A stretch of 63,873 bases of DNA, counting the filler, from Craspedostauros australis (lineage: Eukaryota): NCBI GenBank assembly GCA_030167865.1. It is 10 parts of 10 records of this genome, joined end to end, with 100 filler letters (N's around TTAATTAATTAA, not from the genome) between each part and the next. Parts side by side here need not be neighbours in the genome. Positions count along the whole stretch, not along the records: positions 1 to 14,449 come from JALAGF010005357.1; 9 more parts are not named here. One strand, 5' to 3'. Positions 1 through 10,421 of this stretch are shown piece after piece (the stretch's first letter is position 1; every line of letters starts with the position of its first letter). The position numbers and the translations under genes are program-made. Under the pieces are notes generated by a model, which worked only from the letters and a program-made list of their open reading frames with translations, was not told the DNA's origin and ran no database searches.

Positions 1-82
1 CAAGTGCGTATGAGAGAATAACGGGTGAACGATGCACATATACACGTACATCTTGACGTATACTCACATGTACATCTCGACA
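1..82. mobile_element. Probable terminus (LTR end) of an element nested inside the copia RT
   Basis: On minus, the RT reading ...NEKWNYRSVVGM loses similarity at ~83 and continues TGTCGAGATGTAC.... This TG start is non-coding, with repeated GATGTAC motifs. The expected LLYL...RPDI is absent. Confidence 0.55.
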
Positions 83-2078
83 AACATACCAACGACGGAG
101 CGGTAGTTCCATTTTTCGTTCATAGCTGGATCGTCCTTACACTGTCCGAGTGCGAGTTGGGTTGTTGGTACCGGGCATGGATTGCAGTTCGTCATTTTTG
201 TCGTTTCAAGGATCTTTTTGATCATCCTGATTGCCGAAGATGGACAGTGTCCGCCTTTGGATCGCGGCAGAGCTCAATTCCCAGAAACTCAGTGAAGCTG
301 CCTTCCTGGGTGAGCTCGAACCCCAGTTCACGCATCGATGCAATGAATTCATCAGCATCCTGCTTGGTCTTTGAGGCGATTCCTGCATCGTCGACGTAGA
401 GGACGATCATGATGTTGTTCTTGATGAACAGGCATTGCTCTTGATCACAGGCTTTGAAGCCGACTGTGATGAGGGCTCGGATGAGGTGCTCGTACCACAG
501 GTGCGGAGCGATCGTTAACCCGTAGAGGCTCTTGCGAAGTCTGAGACAGGTGTTGGGTCCTTTGCTTGATTTGAAGCCGCGAGGGAGGTGAAGATGCACA
601 GGCTTGTGGATGGAGGCCTGCACGAAGGCATTTGTGAAGTCGATGGATGTAGTTGTCCAACCCATCACTATGGATGTGCTCAGGAAGATGCGAACCGATG
701 ACCAGGCCACGACTGGCGCGTAGGTGGACGCGTCCTCATTCATGAGGTCTCCGCGGCAACACCAGCGACCTTTGTATTTCTTGATTGTGCCGTCTGGCAA
801 GCGCTTGCGGCGGAAGACCCAGGTCCCCGGGAAGATTCGGTCGTTGACGACGTCAGCCTTTTGGATCTCTTCCCACGTTCCCTTCTCCGTGAGAGCCTTG
901 ATTTCCTTTTCGGCTGCTTGCATCCATTCGTCTTTGTTGTCGTCGCGGATTGCTTCGTCGAAGGAGAGGGTGTCAGGGTCACTATTGGATGCTTTGTACA
1001 CGGATGAGCGCTCGGCGATGTTCAGGTCGCCTCCTGTTGCGAAGTAGCTCATCATGTGTCCATCAACGTATGTTGGGAAGTTCGTTGAGTCTCGTTTCGG
1101 CTCGATGATGGAGACAGCGTAAGCATGTTGTTCGATGTTTGCCCATGCGTATTCTGGAATGCATGTTGCTGTGTCGAGGATGGATGATGGGTCGACTTCA
1201 AGTGTTGATCCTCTTTGGTCGGAGTATCGCGTTGCTGGAGCCTCCTTGAGAGGTGCCGTGTTGCTTTCGATCATTCCTTGGACGAATTTTTCGACTTCGA
1301 ACTCACTTGGCTGTGGCCATGGCCCTGGACGAATGGTCGTGACTTGGCGACGGAGCAGCTCGAATGCGAGACGATAGCGGTGATTTGCAGCAATGGCGTT
1401 CCATACGGAGCGGGTTCTTTTGAAGAAGGTGTTTCCGCTGATTCTGATCTCTGGAGGAAGAAAACCTTTCATCATGAGGTACTCCGGATCTTGGTACGAC
1501 CATGCCTCTGGTGTGGCTGATGACATATAGTCGAAAGCGTCGAAGCTGGGGTTCATGGTGCCAGTGCGGATGAAGGTGCTGAGTCTACCAATGAATTGAC
1601 CAATAGCGTAGTCCGTCGCTTGTCTCCTGAGGTCGTCGCAACGAATCTCGCAGTGGAGGTCAACTTCGAAGTGTCTCTCCATGTCCGAGTAGAGATCCTC
1701 GTAGATGTCTTGGAATGGGGTTGGTCCCTCCTCGGTCATGTCGTCAGGGTCTGGTTGCCACCAGTCGGCCATGTTGACGCTGGCTTCTTCTGTTTCAGTC
1801 GGCCTTGGTGCGAATGTTGGAAGAACGACTTTGGTTGGTTGCGGATTCAAAGTGTTGAATCGAAGTCGAAGTCTGCGCAGCAAGTAGTGAGCATCCACCT
1901 TGAATTGGTGTAGATCGATGGAGAGAGAGAGTCGCTGCCTTCGCGTTGGAGAGGTTCGATTGTGTGGAAGCAGTCGACGACAGCTTGTGAGAATGTGATG
2001 ATTGATGGAGAATCGGGGTGTAATTCCCTGGGTGTTGTTGCCTGTTCGATCTCTTCCATAGTAGCTACTGCCGGGCAA
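83..2078 (-). pseudogene. Copia reverse transcriptase (RVT_2) with long N-terminal linker
   Basis: SDPDTLSFDEA, WVFRRKRLPDGTIKKYKGRWCCRGD, TYAPVV, DFTNAFVQ, LRKSLYGL, LYVDD, FLGI. A 1-nt deletion at ~222 shifts frame, and the protein continues IKKILETTKMTNCNP...YRSVVGM to ~85. Confidence 0.93.
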
Positions 2079-2293
2079 AAGTAGTAATCATCGGTATCCT
2101 CGTCGTCCAACCATGCGGCTTTGCCTCCCATGCGCGCGTACGTGAATCGCTTTGGTTGTTTGCGACTTCTCGTGCTTCGAGGTCTTGTTGGCGTTGACTC
2201 AGACTTAGACATCATGGATGGCGTGGAACTCGTTTCGATTGGTGTCGGATCTGAATGTGGTAATGGAGTTACCGGTTCTGGAGTTGGCGACTC

Positions 2294-3800
2294 TCATAGA
2301 GGTGAACTTAATTGCGGTTGAAGTGTTCGCTGATCCGGTGACTCTATAGTAGGGTCAGGTACCGGGGACTCATCGGTGGCTCCCTCTGTCGAAGACATTT
2401 GCCTGTTGACTCCCTCTGAAACTGGCATCGGAGGGGCGAGAGCTTCACTCATGAGATCGGGGATCTGTTGCGTCATTGGTTGCGACTCTTTCGCCAATAC
2501 CTGTGGCGCTCTTTCACGGATGGTTTGTTGGTTTCGCGTCTCAGTTATCGGTGGTGGAGTATTATCGTCGTTGCGTTGTAACCGGTTGTGGTCTCGCGTG
2601 TCTGATGCGAAGATGTCGTCCTGCTCCATTGATTCCACATCGTCGTCATCGAATGGATATTGNNNNNNNNNNNNNNNNAACATGCGAGTCCATTCTTCCG
2701 ATTGATAGCTTGGAAGTTGCTTCAAGTCGGTAGCAATCGTTGCGAACCAGTCATCGAACACAACATGGAACTGAGGGGTGATTGATCCTGTCCGTGGTGA
2801 TAGGACCAGAGGTACGGTCGAAGCATGCTTCGTAGAGAGACCCATGTTCACGTATCTCTCTCCTCTTGGTTCCCATCGGGGTATCTTGCGTCCATCGGCC
2901 AGTGCTTTGTTAAGGACATAGACTGGACTGCCCCATACGTGCAGGTTATGTAGTTGCTTGAGGGGTAGACGGATGCGTGACAGAACATCGTAAGGTGTGA
3001 GACCAGTGGCGGGGTTTGGCACGCGATTGTAGATGTACGCGGCATGCACTACGGCCATTGGCCACAGTTGAGCGTCAAACATTGTTGGCCAATGGATGCT
3101 TTGGTGCATCATCATGGTTCGAGCCATTGAGACAATTGTTCGAATGCTTCGTTCGGCGATTCCATTGTGGTGATGTGCGCCGACTCCTGCGAATCGATGG
3201 ACTTGATGGAATATTTCAAGGTGTTTGGAGTATTCGGGCGAGGTGAAGGTAGTTGCGTTATCCGATAGATAGGATCGCACGGGGGCTCCCACATCACGAC
3301 ACATCAGTTCGAACCGTTCCTTGGCTTCGAGGGTAGCGTGCGTGGTTAGCGCTGCTACTGGCTCCACATGAATGTATCCGGAGGCGTGATCGACGAAGAT
3401 GGCTCCGCCTTTGTACATTTCGTTTGGATCGCCTTTGCCTCGTCCTGAGAAGAGGCGTCCTGGCGTTCGACCGACGAAGTGGTCCACTGATACTTGTTGT
3501 CCTGGGAACAAGTGATCGGTGCGCAAAACCCTGTTTGTCACGAATGACATGTTGGGTTATTCCTGGTGAAGGACGATGGTGCAGTTTTCCAAATTGGCAT
3601 GCGGCGCAGAGCGGAAGACTCGTGACCTTTGCCGCAGCTGTGTGCATCTTTCTAGACGATTCTGACCCAGTGAGTGCACCCGAGCGCAGTAGGAACTTCA
3701 CTCGACTGAAGGATAAATGTCCGAGACGATAGTGCCACCGAAGAAGTTCCTTTTGCGGTTGGGTGAGGTTCACGTTGTGGTCCGATACGGTAGAGACGAT
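2294..3800 (-). pseudogene. Copia integrase (HHCC + DDE core)
   Basis: LLRWHYRLGHLSF...CAACQFGK, then a frameshift at ~3528 to PGQQVSVDHF, FVDHASG, SDNATTF, HHHNGIAER, ITPQFHVVFDDWF. Confidence 0.93.
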
Positions 3801-4306
3801 GGATGTTAGTGCAGCTGGTACATTATGGATGTTGTCGGCGCTGTAGCCGACGGATGTTGGCAGCCTTGTGGATTTCTTGTAGTTCGCTACGATTGCATTA
3901 CGATCGTCGCTTCCCAGGATTCCGCTGAGTTTGCAGGAGGACTTGTCGAANNNNNNNNNNNNNNNNNNNNNNNNNNNNNNNNNNNNNNNNNNNNNNNNNN
4001 NNNNNNNNNNNNNNNNNNNNNNNNNNNNNNNNNNNNNNNNNNNNNNNNNNNNNNNNNNNNNNNNNNNNNNNNNNNNNNNNNNNNNNGTTCCCAACGCATT
4101 CACTTGGATTTTCTTGAGGAATCCGTTGAGAAAGGTCGGTCTTGGTGGAGGACTTGGAGTAGAACAGAAATTGTTGAGGTCATTTGTCACAGAGATTGAC
4201 GCTCCGCTGTCCCATACAAGTTCGAATGGAGCATCGGGCGAGAGATAACTCTCAGCNNNNNNNNNNNNNNNNNNNNNNNNNNNNNNNNNNNNNNNNNNNN
4301 NNNNNN

Positions 4307-5131
4307 GATTGCATTACGATCGTCGCTTCCCAGGATTCCGCTGAGTTTGCAGGAGGACTTGTCGAACACGATCGTTTCTCCCTGATACTCTTCGAGAAGA
4401 CTGGAAGTGCTGATTAGCTTGACCTTCGATTCGGGAACATGGAAAGCAGGCAGTCGCAATTTGCGAGGGCTTCCAGTTACATCAAGGACATACCACTCGA
4501 CAGTTCCCAACGCATTCACTTGGATTTTCTTGAGGAATCCGTTGAGAAAGGTCGGTCTTGGTGGAGGACTTGGAGTAGAACAGAAATTGTTGAGGTCATT
4601 TGTCACAGAGATTGACGCTCCGCTGTCCCATACAAGTTCGAATGGAGCATCGGGCGAGAGATAACTCTCAGCTTTAGCTGGAGATGCGAAAGCATTGCGA
4701 TTGGAGAAGTAGGAGGCTAGACCTTGCAGGGTGAGTAGAGCGGGCATGTCATGGTCACACTGTTGCTTCTGGTTTCGGCCACATACCAAGTCGATTCCGA
4801 GAGTTGGGTACAGGCTCCAGAGATTTCGTGAGATGGATGTGGTGCGACCTTCCTGGCGGGGCAATTTTGCAGTCGTGAGTGTTTGGTTTTTACCATAAGT
4901 GGAATTTTTCGATTGGTTCCAGTGGCGACGTTTTGATCTGTGATTGCGAGTTTTGGTCCGAGCCTGGGGGCGCCACACACGTTTTGTTCGTGGGGAGTTT
5001 CCTTTCGACACGTTCACGGGTTTGGGTCCATCTGGGTCAAGGCTTTCCATTACGAGGTCGTAGAGACTGCGTTTCACGGCCCCATTGAAGTGTGTGGGAC
5101 GTTTGTGCACTTGCTTGAACCGTTCCTTGAC
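4307..5131 (-). pseudogene. Copia aspartic protease region
   Basis: FELVWDSGASISVT...PAFHVPESKVKLIS, in frame with gag across one TGA. 3890-4256 is a gap-flanked duplicate. Confidence 0.88.
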
Positions 5132-7060
5132 TCATGCCTTGTTATAGACTAGGTCAGTGGAGTTGATTGAGTTGGGTCTTTGTGGAACGTTCGTGTGGAG
5201 GAGTAGTAGAGTCACGGCGATAAGCATCCAGGCATTAGCTGCCGCGATGTACCACCCATACTCTACTCCGATAGTGATGACTTGGAGTGAGGCGAAGAGG
5301 AGAACCACTCCAATGATGCTACCGGAGTAGTTGAAGGAGGTGAAGAGGTTCCAGATGAGGGACCACCAGATGTCTTCGTCTTGACTGGAGGTGGCTGTGA
5401 AGCATGTCCATGCAGCCATGTCGATGGAGAGGTTGTCCTGCTTGGGAATGTTCTTGCCCTTTGCCTTCGCCTTGAACTTGAAGTTATCCTGGTGGCTCTC
5501 GGTGTTGTGCGAGAGACGCCAGCGGCGGCACTTGGCGCACCACATGAACGTCTTGTCGTTGACAAGCTTGCGCTGTGGTTCACCAGGCTTGGGGGCTTTG
5601 GACGACCAGCCCTGGCTGGCGTTGCGTTTGGCGTCGCGTTCCTTGGGCTTCCTGGAGTTGTTTCTCTTTCCGTCGTTCTTGGAGAAACCCTTGTGTTGCT
5701 CGAGAACGTTGGCGCTTGGATTCTGGACGGCGTTGTTGGCGTACGAGTACCTGGGCACGTTGCTGTCTTTGGTACGCCTGATGGCATGCCAGCGATTTCC
5801 GCGCACCTCGTTTTCGTACGACGACTCGGCCTTGTTGCAGATTGCCATCCATGTGAGATCTTTTGCGGCAAGCTGGGGGCGAGCGTGCTCGTATGTGAAG
5901 ACGGGGAAACGCATGAAGATTTCCTCAAGGTTATCCTTCATCACATAGAGAGGACGTCGGTACTGTTCACCAGACCGGATCTGTCCTCCCACCTGGAGGA
6001 AGGCATCGAGGATCGTTCGGAGGAGACGGAGGTCGAAGCGACCGGCGTCGTCGAGGCGCTTGCAAAGAGCACGAAGGTGGACTGCCATGAGACCAACGTT
6101 CTCGTTTGGAAAACGTCTGCAGTTGACTTCGGGGATCTTGGCTGCAAGGGCGTCTTGTTCATCCAAGGAGTTGACCGAGTTGCTGTTCATGAACTCGACG
6201 AAGAGAGTGATGAAGTTATCGTGGAACTTCAGCTCGATTCGGTTCATGAGCTGGTCTTCGAGGACTGGATCAAGACTGTCACGGAAGAACGCTGCGGCAG
6301 TCTCATTGTTCTGGACATCGTAGTGATCCCACTTCAGATGGTACTCGTTGAAGTGCTTGGTGGCATCTTCAAGAGTGAAGGCGGCTAGTGAGTCCAGGAC
6401 GCAGGTCATCTCTGACTCTGCATTGGCGTCAGCAATGTACGCCATGGTGAGGAGTCCGGTTCTGGCCATGTGATTTCGCACCAGGCGGATGAACTGTTGG
6501 ATGTTCCCTCCTTTCTTGAACTTGTCGGTGAGTCCTTGCTCTCGCTTGGACTGGTTGGTGGAGTCAGCACCGTTGTGGAGGATTCTCTGTTGTTGAGAGT
6601 TGGTCCACCTGGTCTGTGACTCGTCCTGGAGGCCAGTCCACTGCGCGTTTGATGCGCCTGCTGTCCAGGGTACCCAGTTGCGTCCTTGCTTGAGGATACC
6701 TCCCATGATGGGGACGGTTGGTTTCCCAGAGAGGTCATGGTTGTCGTCGTCGCTGTCCTCTTCTGACTTTCTGCTCTTCTTGGGCATGGGTGTTCCCATG
6801 TCGAAGAGGCTGTCATCGAGGAAGGACTGGTCCGTCCGGGTTCGTGTGGCGCCGACTGATCGGCTGCGCCCGAGACTGGAACGGCTTGGTGTCGTGGTGG
6901 CTGTTGCTGCTGCTTGGGCAGTGGCTACAGCCGCGTTCGCTGCTTCTGCAGCGACTTCGGCCGCCAACGTCGCCTGTGTGAGGCGGGCGTTCTCGACCGT
7001 GATCGCTTCGAGCTGCGCTTGCAGCTCTTCCAGCGTGGCAGGGGTTGTCTCTTCCGCCAT
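5132..7060 (-). CDS. Copia Gag (642 aa) with CoDi-type zinc knuckle and hydrophobic C-terminal segment
   Basis: N-terminal coiled coil, WCAKCRRWRLSHNTESH knuckle, located upstream of the protease. Confidence 0.88.
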   Translation of the reverse strand: MAEETTPATLEELQAQLEAITVENARLTQATLAAEVAAEAANAAVATAQAAATATTTPSRSSLGRSRSVGATRTRTDQSFLDDSLFDMGTPMPKKSRKSEEDSDDDNHDLSGKPTVPIMGGILKQGRNWVPWTAGASNAQWTGLQDESQTRWTNSQQQRILHNGADSTNQSKREQGLTDKFKKGGNIQQFIRLVRNHMARTGLLTMAYIADANAESEMTCVLDSLAAFTLEDATKHFNEYHLKWDHYDVQNNETAAAFFRDSLDPVLEDQLMNRIELKFHDNFITLFVEFMNSNSVNSLDEQDALAAKIPEVNCRRFPNENVGLMAVHLRALCKRLDDAGRFDLRLLRTILDAFLQVGGQIRSGEQYRRPLYVMKDNLEEIFMRFPVFTYEHARPQLAAKDLTWMAICNKAESSYENEVRGNRWHAIRRTKDSNVPRYSYANNAVQNPSANVLEQHKGFSKNDGKRNNSRKPKERDAKRNASQGWSSKAPKPGEPQRKLVNDKTFMWCAKCRRWRLSHNTESHQDNFKFKAKAKGKNIPKQDNLSIDMAAWTCFTATSSQDEDIWWSLIWNLFTSFNYSGSIIGVVLLFASLQVITIGVEYGWYIAAANAWMLIAVTLLLLHTNVPQRPNSINSTDLVYNKA

Positions 7061-7590
7061 GATGGATGACGGGGACTTCTCGAGTGGTCTTCGGACTTTG
7101 AGGGGATCGATCTGTTTGCCTTCTCTTGCTCTTGCTCGACTTCACTTCGTTGGGAAGGTGTGCACTGAAGTTCGATGCAGGCTTGGGGAGGTTCGCGCTC
7201 GGTCAGCGAGTGCGGTTGTAGCTTGCTTTGGCAGAGGCTACTGAAGTTCGACCTTGGGTCGCTTACCTTCAGCTGGGACTTTTGTCCTCTTGAGTGGCTC
7301 GGTTTTCGAGCGTTGGGGATCTGATTTCAGATCAGATGCATGCAATGAGGACGTGGTCCTTTGATGGAGGCTCGGTCTGCGAGCTATGCCTTTTGGCTTC
7401 GTCTCTGAGAGACTCTTGCGATGGTTGGCAGAGGAAGATGCTCGGTGGAGTTGATAAGAGAGTATTTGGCAACCACTCGCAGCTACCAGTTAGGATTCGA
7501 GCGTAGACGGCGCGAATCGGTGGAGGATGTCTCTTGGATCTGCCAGCTTCGGGATAGCCGTGTGATGCAGATCAAGAGAGGTGTACTGAT

Positions 7591-8083
7591 TGAAGAGTTG
7601 TTACTGTAATGATGAGTAGAAGAGTGCTTTGTAGCTAATCCTTGCCTGTTTATTATGAGTTAGCTTATTGGTGTTAGTTGGGTGAAGAAAAGATGCCACA
7701 CAACTTGGCGAGACCCTGCACTGATGCACTTGATTCAGTGCGACAGAATAGACAATCAATACAGTACTTTGCTCTCCGCACATGTAGTTACACTGCAGTG
7801 TAGGTCATGACAATCAGTGGTGACGGTCATGAAGCAATGGCTGTGGCTGAAGCTGACCCTCGGATTCCATTGCTTGAGTTGAAGAAAGTTGGATACGCAT
7901 GTTGAGACCACGGTGGTAGTGTGGTGGTCATCAGCATAAAGGAATCGAGGTATGTTGTAGTAAGGAGGATCTGAGGAGTATATAGTTCCCAAGGTGAGGT
8001 GTGAGTCAGGTTGGTCATACTTGAGTCATGATGGATTCGTGAATGGAGGAGAGAAAGGAGGAGAAAAGATTGGTGGTCGATCA
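7591..8083 (-). repeat. Candidate 5' LTR of the first copia element (boundaries uncertain)
   Basis: Non-coding TG...CA-bounded segment between the gag leader and the abrupt start of the host pseudogene. No partner LTR is available to confirm it. Confidence 0.35.
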
Positions 8084-10006
8084 AGTCAGAAGATTTCGCG
8101 CCAAAACAAGAATTTCTCCAATTGGGTTGATACCGTGTTCGGGAATAGTCTGTCCCTCATTGAATCTCAACTGACGACGTGGATCAGTGCGGAGAACTCG
8201 AATCTGAACATTCCGCTTCACCTTCCCCCTCGGAAATGGAGTACAGCCCTGACGACGATGTGGAGTTCTTTGATACCGTGCAGATCCAGAACACGTGGCC
8301 GATCTTTGACGAAGTCAACATCAACGCATCAGCAACGACGCCGTTCGATCTGCTCAGGGTGGCCGACAATTGCTGCCATGCTGGATCGACGTGTGCGGCA
8401 AGCGGGGCAAGTACTCCAAGGTCTTTGCATTCTCATTCTACCCAACGGGCGAGACCATCTTCCGATCCGCTTCCACAGCCAGCGGGCTGCTAGGTTCCTT
8501 CGCCAATCAACACCACCTCATGAAGAAGTTTTCGCCACGGCTATCGTCGGAAGAGAAGACGTGGCGAGACTTGGGATTGCGCTTTGCGATGCTGCACAAA
8601 AGCAAGGCAGAGGCAATATCGCAACCTTCATGCATCACAAAACAAAGCGGATGCGGACCATCTTGGAAAGGACGGCCGTGTGCTCGTCTTCGTCGTCGTC
8701 GTCCACGGCAGGGTCATCCGCATCGCTGTCGTTGGACACAACGCATCTGCTGACATACGTGTGCAGAGCCTTGTCGGATCGACACTGGATCGAGGAACTG
8801 GCAGAGCTCAAGAACGGTTGCATCAAGCTCATACATCCTGGCAAGATGAAGCTGAAACTGAGAATCAAGATCTCCTCCATCACCCGCGTCGCAAAGTTGG
8901 AATCGCAGGATTGTCCCAAACTCAACGGTTTCTTCTTCCTCACCATCGAGACGCTCGGCAGAACATGCTGTTTGATGTTCAAGACCAAGGAGGATCGCAA
9001 TGAATGGGAAGCAGCCACCCAGCGGCTCATGTTCAACCACCAAGCCAACGCACCTAGCGACGATGCCCAAAGCCTGATCTCAGAGCTGATGGAAGTCGAC
9101 GATCCNATGAAGGAGTATCTGCACCATTCCTCCGAATGGGACTGCGGGAAGCGGAGGCTGCTCAATTGTTGGCAGCACGCGTTCGTCGCCGGCGAGAAGC
9201 TCAGCACGAATCAGACTCTGGGCCTGGCGGACCGAGCGCTTGCGCTTGCAACTCGGATCCAGCAGCCATCCGCCACCAGCTCCGACCTGCGTGACTTTCT
9301 GGATGCCACAGCTGCCCTCAAGCATGCGGACGTATTTCGGTTGAGCGAGAATCAGAGGCTGGCATTCTTCGTCAATCTCTACCACCTCATGCTCGTCCAC
9401 GCATTCATCGTGCTGGGTTCACCGACGTCGGGCCTCGCGTGGGTGTCCTACTTCAACACGATCGCGTTCCAAGCATCTGACGATATCTTTTCGTTGAGCG
9501 AGCTCGAGTACAACATCATCTGGTGCAAAATGACCTACCCGTCCCAATTCGTGTCGCGCTTCATCCTGCCCAAGTCGACCTACCCATTCGCATTGTCTCA
9601 GGATGATTTCTGCATCACCTTCGTGCTGCATTCCGGATCCACAAGCTACCCAATCGCCAGCGTCCCCACTTTCTGTGTCGAAACATTGGACGAGCAACTC
9701 TCCCGCACAACCGCTGACTTCTTGTCCAAGACCGTGACGTTGGCGCAGAAAGGACGTCAGGAGATCTCCATCACGCTGCCCAAGGTCTGCCAATGGTTCG
9801 CGATGGATTTCGGCGACGGCACTGCCAACGGCATCCTCCGCACCGTCGGACCGTACCTTTGCGACGACAAGCAGTCCGCGCGGAAGAGAATTTGGAATGA
9901 GAAATCGTCCAAGTTCGACATTTCGTCCTGGAGCATCAAGTATCTGCCGTTCAATTTCGAGTGTCAGAATCTGAAGATCGAAGGCACGGACGATTTCGAA
10001 ATATGA
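8084..10006 (+). pseudogene. PH-like + DUF547 domain protein, 5'-truncated and decayed
   Basis: PH-like FLTIETLGRTCCLMFKTKEDRNEW, and DUF547 motifs RLAFFVNLYHLMLVHA, FSLSELEYNII, LPKVCQWFAMDFG. The 5' part has stops and frameshifts, and the annotated start at 7994 lies in the LTR-like DNA. Confidence 0.75.
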
Positions 10007-10421
10007 AACACTGTGCCGTGCAGCCGTTGGGTTGAGATGTACGTACGATGGATTGAGATGTACGTACGATCTATGGTACGTGCACGTCCGAGCAGAGCAC
10101 AAGTGTACCACATGTGCCCTGTGAAAGTGTACCGCTAATAGAGCGCATAGTACAGCAAATAGAATAACTTCGAAGATCTAAGTATGCACGATCCTGGGAC
10201 GCCATGGAACAGAGCAGACGAATCACAGCTTTCAATAGTCATACTTTGCCTCCGCTATCACAACTTGATGGAACAGCACTCCTTCACATTGTGGAGTAGG
10301 CATTACAACATATGATAAGGAAGGTTGCATGCAGGCATGTATGTGTATACTATTATGTATGTATGGTCGATCATCACTCCTTCGCTCATCACGCCTTCGC
10401 GCACTCACATCTGGTTCTGCA

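Larger units (their letters stand above)
83..8083 (-). mobile_element. Ty1/copia LTR retrotransposon, diatom CoDi-like, degenerate (gag-PR-IN-RT; RNase H and 3' LTR not in window)
   Basis: Domain order gag, protease (VWDSGASISV), GAG-pre-integrase (WHYRLGH, CAACQFGK), integrase, RT is the copia order. In-frame stops at 5132 and 2294, frameshifts near 3528, ~1900-2050 and 222. Confidence 0.95.

Noticed and set aside
3890..4370. Duplicated protease domain
   Set aside because: Identical copies flank N gaps, which indicates a scaffolding artefact. The same applies at 27180/27606, 38477/38599, 43845/44145, 49238/49569 and 63252/63370.
5126..5140. Programmed read-through at the first copia gag stop
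   Set aside because: The context TGA-GTC-AAG is not a known leaky context, and the element has other stops and frameshifts. A CGA>TGA mutation is simpler.
5381..7244. Long antisense ORFs over gag (and similar ones over other genes)
   Set aside because: These are shadow frames of GC3-rich coding sequence.
7576..7592. PBS of the first copia element
   Set aside because: I could not match it confidently to a tRNA 3' end or anticodon arm, and the LTR edge is uncertain.
10004..10310. Solo LTR between the DUF547 pseudogene and the NTPase gene
   Set aside because: It has TG...CA ends and GAGATGTAC motifs like 1-82, but only a 4/5 TSD match (AAATA/ACATA). Not enough support.
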